This document shows positions 53,799-64,000 of a stretch of 64,000 nucleotides of DNA, piece after piece. A program made the translations under genes and the position numbers. The stretch comes from Hyphochytrium catenoides (lineage: Eukaryota > Protista > Hyphochytriomycota). The notes beneath the pieces were generated by a model, which worked only from the letters and a program-made list of their open reading frames with translations, did no database searches and was not told the DNA's origin. Where the stretch lies: NCBI GenBank assembly GCA_900088475.1, contig FLMG01002456.1, forward strand, positions 173,286-237,285, read 5' to 3'. The stretch's first letter is position 1; each line of letters starts with the position of its first letter.

Positions 53799-54569
53799 AA
53801 GTGGATGAGGTTCGAGGGCACCTCTCTTCCCCTTGGGTTCCTTCAGCAGCAGGACCACTGCAGTCTTTGTGCTCTACAGGAGGAGCCTAGCATGAATCGC
53901 ATACAGGGATATCACCATCATATTGCTGGGTTCGAGGTCTGCACGCAGGGAGTGAGCGGTGCAAAGTCAAGACCTTATCTTAGCCATAACCGACCACCAT
54001 TTTATTGCTTCCTTCTAGGCTGTCAGCAACTATCACCTCCTTTTCAAAGCAGTGCGAAAGCTTTTTGTATTCACAACTGTTTTGCCAATAAGGCAAGTAC
54101 TAGAAGCAGGAAATGACCGGAGGAGCAAGGCAAGACTCTCACATCTACCCGAGGCCGACGACCGTGGTTCTCCACACGCAGTCAAAACACCACCACCAAT
54201 TGTCTATGGTAGTAAGCTCTATGCAATTAGAAGAGCTCTAACCCTAAAGACAGTTGCGGCTTTGCCGACGCCACGGGTCGGAGGCGCCATCTCTCTAGCT
54301 TATGAAGCCAGAGGGAAGTGAGGAGGGCAAGCGGAAAGATGAAAGACCTGACGAGGTTATGGCGATTAGAAAGGCGTGACCTAACAAGCTCAGACCAACG
54401 AGCATGAGATAGGAACGCAAGGGAAGAGATTATCGTGGCACAAGAGGTAAAGTTTGACGTGGCTGTCTCTATAATCCTGTATTAATAAAAACCACTATAG
54501 ACGTCTATCTTGCTATCCTGCATGTACCTGCATCCAAGAACAATAAATAAAGCGGTCTGATAAGTTTCG

Positions 54570-57500
54570 CTAGCTGGCGCTGGCTACCTTCTGCATCTTC
54601 ATGGCCACCACAGGTACATCCTTCGTAGGGTAAGGGCCAAGGACCTCCTGTCGGCGAGGGATGACACCTCCAGGCAGAGGAAGGGTACTGCTGCCAATGA
54701 TCTGGAGGTCAATTTCGCGGGCCGCTTGTCTCCCTTCACTGATCGCCCAGACTACTAGGGATTGGCCCCGACGGCAGTCTACACGAGAGAGCCATCATGT
54801 TAGATGCAAAAGTCTACCAGAGGGCAGGATGTGATGCTCCGGCAGATATGAACAAACAAGTATGTCCAAGCCCTTGTTTTCTAAGATAAACTCGTCCTCA
54901 CCTCCCGCGGCGTAGACCTTATTGATGGACGTTGCATAGCACTTGGGAGAAGTGGCGAAATTGGATCTTCCGTCCAAGTCCACACCGAGCTTATCAGCGA
55001 TGAGCTTTTCAGGGCCTAAGAAACCCATGGCCAAGAGCACCAGGTCGCATTCCCAGACCCTTTCACTTCCCGGCACCTCCTTCATAATCCATCTTCCGCC
55101 TGCGTCCTTCTCCCAGTGGACCTGAACAGTCTTAACAGCCTTGACATGGCCCTGGCCATCGTCTAGAAATTCTTTCGTCATGATATTAAAATGCCGAGGT
55201 TCATGACCGTAGTGCATGCGGACCTAGAAGGAGAACGGCCAAACGTCGGTGCGATAGAAGGCGGATTTAGTTTGTCTTATAGTGATAAGGCAAAGCCACG
55301 GAGCAGAAGCAGAGTGCAATGGAACAAAAGCAGAGTGCAATGGTATGAAAGCGGAGTGCAAGGCGTACGGGGGTAGTTCGGTAGACATAAAGCGGAAAGT
55401 CACTCACCTCTGCATGGCCATAGTCTACGCGGAAGACCTTTGGCCAGGTGGGCCAAGGGTTATCACCTGCTCGGGTCTCAGGAGGCTGAGGCAGAATCTC
55501 AAAGCAGATCACGGAAGTGGCGCCCTGTCTCACAGACGTGCCAATGCAGTCAGTGGCCGTATCGCCTCCACCAATGACTATGACTCGCTTCCCCTTCGCC
55601 GATACAGGCCAGCCCCCGGCTTGTGAAACCTGGAGACCCTTGTCAAGAAGGGATTTCGTCGTCGGCGTGAGAAAATTCATCGCAAAGTCAATGCCTGCCA
55701 GTTGTCTGCCTGGCACACGAAGATCCCTTGGCCAAGTGGCTCCCGTGGCCAGCAACAAAGCGTCGTTGGATGCTAAAAGCTCTGCGGCGTCTACGTTCTT
55801 TCCCACTTCGGCCCCAGTGACAAAGCGGATGCCCTCAGCAGCCATTATGTCAATCCTCTTTTGCACCAGGCCCTTGTCCAGCTTCATGTTGGGGATGCCA
55901 TACATAAGGAGGCCGCCAATTCGGTCCTCGCGCTCGTAGACTGTGACGTTGTGACCCGCTTTGTTGAGCTGATCGGCAGCAGCTAGACCAGCTGGTCCAC
56001 TACCGACGATGGCAATCTGATACTTGGTTCTGCGAAGGAAGAGGGCACCAGTCAGGCCTGAGTCCGAAGGCAGTATGCGACTAGAGAAATAAGCTAAAGC
56101 TGCCATGAGGGTAAAAAGAAAGCCTCTTTGCGTTTTCTTTCACCTGACACGTGGGGGATTTGGTGCAATCCAGCCTCGCTCGTATCCATAGTCAATTATC
56201 GCAGCCTCAATGCTCTTGATAGACACGGGGTCAGCATTGATGCCCAGGACACAAGAGCCTTCGCAAGGCGCAGGACACACTCGCCCGGTAAACTCTGGGA
56301 AATTGTTGGTCAACAGTAGGCGGTCTAGCGCCTCCCTCCAGTCACCTTTGTAAACAAGGTCGTTCCATTGTGGGATCACGTTACCCAGAGGGCAGCCAGT
56401 ATCGGATTGGCAAAAGGGAACGCCGCAATCCATACAGCGGGCTGCCTGTGTCTTGAGTTCAACCTCTGGAAGTCGGCGGTTGATCTCGTTGAAATCACGA
56501 GTGCGCCGTTTGGGGTCGCGGTAGGGGTCGATCCTGATGCACAATGATGAGACCACAGAAGAAAGCAATCCCCGTGGAGGATTAGAGTCATCAGCGTGTC
56601 GAGGAGGACTCAAGTTGAAGTCCGGCAACCGAAAGCTCACAGAAAAGAAACGAGGTTATAGACAGAGGTAACGATGTTTACCTCCGATTGTACTTCATAA
56701 AGCCCCTCAACTTGTCCAGCTTCTCCATCTTCTTCTGCACCACCTCCTTGTCAACGATCGTCTCTTCGATATCGGCTACTGGAGAGCCAATCTCGGAAGG
56801 TGAGCGTAAGCCATCCTGAGGAGGTGATGGAGGGGCTTCAGGCTGGACGGGAGAGGATAAAGGAAGCACATCCTTTTTCACAGGTGAAGAGGGAAGCTCT
56901 TTGGCTTTAAGCTTCTCCAATGCCGCACGGTAGTCCCTTGGCATTACACGCACGAAATACGGTAAAGTTTCCTCAAATTGCTGCAGAATAGAGGCAGCCC
57001 TGGTGCTTCCGGTTTCCACAGCGTGTTCATGAATAATTGTGCGCAACCAGATCACCTCCTCCTTGTCCTCCAACTGGTCCAGATCAACTAGCTCGCCGTT
57101 AACTATTTTAGACGCCGCTGCTTCTGGATCAAAGATGTAAGCAATGCCACCACTCATCCCAGCAGCAAAGTTCCTGCCCACTCTGCCAAGAATGACCGCC
57201 CTACCGCCGGTCATATACTCGCACCCGTGATCTCCCACGCCTTCACAGACCGCTACTGCGCCCGAGTTGCGAACACAGAACCGCTCAGCCACGATCCCCC
57301 TGAAGAAAGCTTTGCCGCTAGTCGCTCCGTAGAGGCAAACGTTTCCTGCGATGATGTTGTTCTCAGGAACGAACTCAGGCGCATAGTTGTCGGGTCGAAT
57401 AACTATAGTACCACCGCTGAGACCCTGCGGAACATAAGAGCACGATAATAAGCAAACTACCTTCAGGCAACTATTATCATCTGGAAACTACAAAGATGTC

Positions 57501-60500
57501 TTCCGGCGAGGCTGTCTCTTCCGCTATGGACTCACCTTGCCAACGTAGTCATTTGCGTCACCTGTTAGAATGAGTTTCACGCCCTGGCAGAGAAAAGCAC
57601 CAAAAGACTGTCCCGCCGAACCCTTGACATCGAGTCTGATTGCACCATCCTCAAGTTGTAGACCTTGCTTCTTTCTTATTGTAAGATGATGAGACAAAGT
57701 GGTAGCAAAAGCTCTATCGGTGTTCTTGATGGAGACGTTGAGGGCCACAGTTGGTTGTGACTCTAGCACCTTGTCCACCTGCGCAATGATACCATTGTCT
57801 AGACGCTCCTGCAGGATAGAATATTGGTGAGGCATGTATTTTCAAGCTCTTGTTTACTCAACAGATTGTTAGCCGCCACAAGGTACTCATCAAAGTTATC
57901 GACAAGCGATAGCCTGCGCCAGTCTGGCATCTAGCCATCTTCCTCTTCTCTACTCATCCCTCTGGTTCCATTGCCCCACCTACCTCAAGATAGTGGTTTT
58001 GCTTCTCAACATTGAAAGTCGGGACCCCGGGTCTCAGGGAAGACGCTAGAGTCAGCAGACAGCTCAGATCGACCGTACTAGCCTTCCTTCCCAAGCCAGT
58101 CCTCATGCGTAGCAGATCTGTCCGCCCGACCATCTCATTTACCGTCCTACAGCCCAATCGTGCCATGATTTCTCGCATGTGCTCCGCAACCATAAAAAAG
58201 TAATTCACAACATGCTCAGGGCTGCCCGTGAACTTCTTCCGTAGCTCGGGATCTTGAGTAGCAATCCCGACTGGGCAAGTGTTCAAGTGGCATTTGCGCA
58301 TCATTGTGCAGCCCATCACGATTAGGGGTACTGTCGCAAAGCCAAACTCCTCCGCTCCCAATAGGCATGCAATGGCGCAATCTCTCCCTGTTTTCAGTTG
58401 ACCGTCGGTCTGAAGAATGGTCCTTCCTCTTAGGTTATTTTGGACCAGGACCTAAGTAGTGGTGAAGCATGTAAGCATTTATTCAGAGCCAGTCTCATAT
58501 GGTAAGCAAGACTACCCAATACGTGTACCTGATGAGTCTCCGCTAGTCCAAGCTCCCACGGCAGCCCAGCGTGCTTGATGCCCGTCCAACTGCTTGCACC
58601 CGTGCCACCATCATGGCCTGAAATGAGAACGTGATCCGCATGTCCCTTCACCACGCCAGCCGCGATGACACCGACTCCAACCTCAGACACTAGCTTCACG
58701 CTTATCCTTGCTGAAGGATTGCTGCACTTAAGGTCATAGATGAGCTGCGCCAGGTCTTCGATCGAGTAAATATCGTGATGCGGAGGAGGAGATATAAGTC
58801 CAACCCCAGGGGTCGAATGCCTGGTCGCAGCAATAGTTTCCGAAACCTTGTGCCCAGGCAATTCGCCTCCTTCACCAGGCTTGGCGCCTTGCGCCATTTT
58901 TATCTGTATCTCGTCGCTGTTGCTTAAATACTCGACAGTCACACCGAAGCGCCCAGACGCGACTTGCTTGATCGCCGACCGGAGGGAGTCCTGTCCTTCC
59001 ACTACTTCGAATCTGACGGGGCGAAAGTCAAAATAGAGTGAATAAGGATAATCCCGCGGGGGGAGGGGGGGGGCAGGGGGAAGGAATTGGGATATTAAGT
59101 TGTACCGGGTACTCACCTCTTTGTATCCTCGCCGCCCTCCCCGGTGTTGGACTTTGCTCCCATCCGATTCATTGCAGCAGCCAGCGTCGTATGTGCTTCG
59201 ATGGAAATGGAGCCATAGCTCATTGCGCCAGTGCAGAATCTTTTCACAATCTCTGCCGCTGATTCGACCTCCCCAAGCGGGACGGGATCAGCACTTTCAT
59301 AATCAAACTCCAGAAGTCCGCGAAGGGTACAGTTCTTCACAGCCTGCTCGCTTTCCTCCGCAAACTTCCAATAGGCTCCTTTATCGTTTCTTCTGGAGGC
59401 ATCTTGAAGGTTGGCGATGGCTGCAGGTGTGTTGGTATGAACCTCCCCACCATCTCTCCAATGGTAGTCACCAGGATTTTCAAGAAGGGAAACCTCCTTG
59501 ATCATCTCACGGGCTGAAGCGACAGAACGATATCGGTTGGTAAAGAGATCAGCGGAGATGGAAGGTCAAGCACAGAATAGGAGACAAAGCGCCAATCAAC
59601 ATAACATAGCTTGAGGCAAGAGATAATCAAAAGATGACGCAGAAGAAGTTGCTTTGGTTCAGCTCACAGTCCTAAGAAGGAACTTACCGGTGGGAAACGC
59701 AATGGAATGTCGTGAGAGACACTCTTCAGCAAGGAGGTCAAAGCCAAGCCCCTTCACTCTTGAAGCGGTACCATGAAAGCACTTCTCCATAACCTCGGGG
59801 CCTAGACCAACTGCCTCGAAGATTTGAGCACCTTTATAGCTTTGCAAGGTGGAAATCCCCATCTTGGCCATCACCTTGCGGATACCTGTGGCGACCGCTT
59901 TCTTGTAGTTCTCTGCAACCTCGTGGTCATTCACCGAAGCTGGTAAGCGGTACGACGCGTTGTTAGCGGTATGTTTCACTCATGGAACGATGGCAGTAGC
60001 CCAATAGAAAACGACATGAGGATAGACACTACGAGTACTTTTTAAAAGGAGCGTTTTATCCAAAGTCATGGGACCAGCGGGTCGCGCCCGGCAAGGATGG
60101 TGAGATTATTGGGAGTAGAATAGGGACCAACCTTCAAGCAAGCCCTCTCGTCTAAGCTTGGCAACAGTCTCATAGACCAAGTAAGGGAAGATGGCATCAG
60201 CGCCATAGCCCACCAAAAGACAGTGATGGTGCACTTCACGAGCCTCTCCCGTTTCCAGAACCAGCGCTACCTTCATCCTTGTCTTCTGGTTCACCAAATA
60301 ATGGTGGACTGTAGAGCAAGCCAAGAGTGTAGGGACAGGAGCTCTCTCCACGGAGGCCTTTCGGTCTGAGAGAACCAGGATCTTCGCGCCATGGTCTATC
60401 GCCTTCGCTGCCTCCTCACAAAGTCTATCAAGTGCGGCCTCAAGCCTGCCAGAGCCCTGAGATACAGGGAAGGTCGCATCCAAAGTCTGGACACTCCACT

Positions 60501-62901
60501 GCAGATGAGAGCTCTCCAATCCCTTAATCTGTTCAAACTCCTACAAAGGTGACGTTTCAGTCTATCACGAGAATGACAACACATTGGGACACAATATTCA
60601 CTAAAAGTATATCAGTAGCACTCTACAAGGCTCAAGGAGAAGAACACTTCTTACCAAGCCGGAGAGGACTGGATTATCAAGTACAAGCCTCTGGCATTGA
60701 CTCTCATCAGTCCCAAGGATGTTGCCTTCCGGACCAATGGCACAGCGAAGGCTCATTACGACCGCCTCCCGAAAGGGGTCAATTGGAGGGTTTGTGACTT
60801 GCGCAAACAATTGCTTGAAGTATTCATACACGAGTCGAGGTTTCTGCGAGAGACACGCCAGAGGAGCGTCATTGCCCATTGATCCGAGTGCCTCTTTCTT
60901 GTTTTGGATCATAGGCAAAACCAGCATGTTAATCTGCTCGATAGTATAGCCAAACATTGTCAAACGCCTATCCTGGCTTAAGGACATCTCGTCGAGTCCA
61001 ATGCTGAAACTTTGAGGATTAGCTTGCTCAACCAGCTTTTCCATGTAAACCGCCTGCATACAGGTGATCAGTGTTAGCCGATACCGAACCAAAGGACCCA
61101 GGGAGCCATCTCTATAAAGGGCTAACTATGCACTAGAAAGCTTACATTCTCAACCAGCCAGTTGCGGAACGGGTGAGCATCAGCAATTGAAGTTTTCAAA
61201 TCGGCATCGTTAACGATGGTGCCCGCTTCAGTGTCCACAAGAAGCATCATTCCGGGCTGAAGACGACCCTTCTCCTTTATTTTGGAGTTCGAAACTTGAA
61301 CAACGCCCACCTCGCTCGCCATAATCATACGATCATCATTTGTAACATAATAACGGGAGGGTCGGAGGCCGTTGCGGTCTAGAACTCCCCCAATGTATCG
61401 CCCGTCCGTGAAGGTGAAGAGTGCAGGGCCATCCCAAGGCTCCATAATAAAGGAACCCCACTACAGGAGAGGAAGAAGAGGTGGTTAGTATATGATGACG
61501 GTCTGACGCCGTATTCGAAGCAGTCTACCTCATAAAAGGCCTTCTTCTTCTCGTCCATATTCTCATCGTTCTGCCAGGCCTCAGGGACCATAAGCATGAT
61601 AAGCTCAGGGAGTGATCTCGAGCCATCATTGAGCAAGAACTCGAGAACATTGTCGAAAGACGCTGAGTCGGAGCCGCCAGCCTCGATTATAGGGAAGAGA
61701 GAGGTTGTCTCCTCTTTGAAGTTCTCGGACTGGAGCCTACCTTCTCTTGCCCTCATCCAGTTCTTGTTCCCTCGTAAGGTGTTGATCTCCCCATTGTGCC
61801 CCAATAACCGCATAGGCTGAGCTCGAGGCCAGCTAGGAAATGTATTCGTGGAGAATCTACTGTGTACGAGCGCAAGGTGCGACTTCAAGGACGGATCCTG
61901 AAGCTCTACAAAGTATTGCGGCACCTGCAACATGATCAGTCTGTAAGGACGTTACCTTGAATAACGGGTATCAACACCCAAGATGGACTATACAAGTGGC
62001 AGAAGTGAGAAAGTATGGATGACGCAACTTTACCTGTGTGGCGGTCAACATTCCCTTGTATACAATAGTAGAGAGAGAGAGAGAACAAATGTAGAACTGT
62101 TCCTCGCGGGAGATCATATGCGTCGCGCGTTTCCGAAGCATGAAAACCAACTTCTGGAGTTCCTTAGGTCCGCATTTCCGCTCAGAGGTAACAAAGACCT
62201 GGCTCAGATAGGGCTCCCTCGAGAGAGAAGACTCGCCAATCATGGAATTGTCAGTCTTTACTTCACGCCAACAGAACACCTGAAGGTTTAGGGTGGACGC
62301 AATTTTGCAGAACTGGTCCATGTGGCGTTGCCGGATCTCGGAGTCCTTGTTCAAAAATAAGATACCAGTGGCGTACGAGCCCTTAGCCTGTGTCCAAAAG
62401 AAGCAATGTCAGATGGAAACTGTCTGGGAAAGAAGCTGTCCTAAAGAGGGACAGGACTCACCGGTAGGGCGAGGCCCATTTCTTCGCGGAGCCGTCCTTC
62501 ATAGTAATCGTGTGGAATCCCGACCATGATCCCGGCACCATCGCCAGTGTTCTCTTCACAGCCGCAAGCTCCGCGGTGCTTCATATTATCGAGGAGCGTA
62601 AGAGCATCTGACACAACGTCGTGGGACGGTGTGCCCTTGATGTTGACAACGAAGCCGACGCCACAAGCATCCTTCTCGTCCTCAGGATTATACAGACCCT
62701 TCTTGGGCGGGAAACCATCATACCCAAGGGTGTCATAGAAGGCATCCTAGAGAAACATAGAGCGGTTCAGGTTTTGGTCTCTCCCCTGATCCTTTGATCC
62801 CAAACATTTATGCACAGGATCGTCCCAAGTGCAAGGCCGATTCTCACCTTGGGCTTGGCGCAGGTTTCTCCACAAGGTTCAATGGTCTTGGTTGGCTCCA
62901 T
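54570..62901 (-). CDS. GLT1: NADH-dependent glutamate synthase (fused alpha+beta GOGAT), multi-exon
   Basis: [16 protein letters not shown] (Ntn Cys), [60 protein letters not shown]. Beta part: [56 protein letters not shown]. Confidence 0.97.
55307..55362. repeat. 21-bp tandem repeat (about 2.6 copies, AAGCAGAGTGCAATGG...) inside a GOGAT intron
   Basis: Read directly: copies start at 55307, 55328 and 55349. Confidence 0.9.
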
Positions 62902-64000
62902 AAGGTCCGTAAGCCGACACTTACGGCTATTTTTCTCCCGCGCACACTACTTAGGAGCGCTAGTGAGCTCCAAGCGCGGCAGAAGCAGGGGAGATGCGAT
63001 GTCTCTGGCAACCAAGAAATTGAAGACTAACCCAAAAGGATCGAGATGTTTCTGTTAAGAAATGTGTGAGGATGAAGAGAGAATGGCAGGCGGTGGGAGT
63101 GAGGGGTTAGGAGAACAGCACAGAAAGAGGGTGCGAGGTATGTGGTGGGCTAGAACCCACCATCAGGCAGTCCTGGCAAGCCGCAGGATGATGGCAGCAG
63201 AGACAAAGGCAAGGGCTGCCTACAGCTCTGCCTAGGAACTACCACTGAGGGGAGACTTTGTGGCGAAGCGATGGGACTGCGCTCTGACGAGGGTAGTCGT
63301 AGCAATGAAAGGCAGGGTTTAGAGGGGAGAGACAGGCCGGCACACTAACCAGAGCCTTTATAACAAAGAGAAGAGAAGCCCATACATCACCCATTTTCCT
63401 CCTCTGAGACCTTTCGTTTCTTCTTCTATGCTAAGATGCCTTTCTCCTCTGCTCCTCCCCCAACACCACTTCCTTCGTCCTCCTCCTCCCTCCACCGCCT
63501 CTCTCATCAGATCAGAAGAGAGAGAGGGCGGGTAGGACCTCGGATGAGATGACAGAAAGATCCAATCTTCAGATGTCTAGCACTGGATGCTCACAAGTCC
63601 TAAGATAATATCAGGGAGGAAGGGAGGCCATAAAATGGTAGTGACGGAGCGAAGAATTAGGGACCGCAGTCATGCTACAGGAACCACAACAGACCTAACG
63701 TAGTCACATATCTGACAGCCCGTTGTCATTTCTGTCTGCTAGGGAATCAACCCAAAGCTCCCGAGGTTTGCTATACTGCGAAAGGATTTGAGACTCACCT
63801 TTAAAAGTCGCTTATTGGAATGTGCGCTTACATCAGCCTTTCAGTGGTATCAGTTGCTGGGAGTACTAGGCTTTGCGTTGAGGGTTTTTCTCCTGGTACG
63901 TAGGGTGGAAGCAGAAAAAGTTGAAGTGCGCATTCTTGTGTCCTTGACTACGGTAATGGAGCTGGTCCCACAATCGGCGGAAGAACAAATTGGACCCATC

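Noticed and set aside
55282-62738. Many + strand ORFs antisense to GOGAT (likewise antisense to dynein, TyrRS and ICME)
   Set aside because: These are shadow ORFs from codon structure on the coding strand and have no protein-like motifs.

Overview
This is a gene-dense, intron-rich eukaryotic genomic window, most consistent with a flagellated stramenopile-type protist (inference from gene content). Introns are mostly 50-100 nt GT-AG with CTRAC/CTCAC-like branch points, and the standard genetic code fits all conserved genes. About 20 protein genes are present: an axonemal dynein heavy chain C-terminus (DNAH10-like), a giant IQ/SAM/WW/B-box protein, a DEP-C2 protein with an unrecognised enzyme-like C-terminal domain, a membrane-anchored degenerate purple acid phosphatase, a DUF4954 protein, actin capping protein alpha, MED31, an ICME-like esterase, a Rab32-like GTPase, a PPR protein, organellar TyrRS, a METTL21/22-like methyltransferase, an RCC1-ankyrin protein, NADH-glutamate synthase, and several orphans. 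I saw no tRNA, rRNA, CRISPR array or intact transposon. The strongest leads are: (1) the DEP+C2 protein fused to a bacterial-looking putative catalytic domain; (2) a bacterial-type DUF4954 beta-helix protein whose spliced C-terminus is the peroxisomal signal -SKL; (3) a GAP50-like pseudo-phosphatase; (4) a duplicated SAM / BCS1-lid-like / WW / IQ module in the giant protein. All exon boundaries were inferred by eye and need RNA-seq confirmation.
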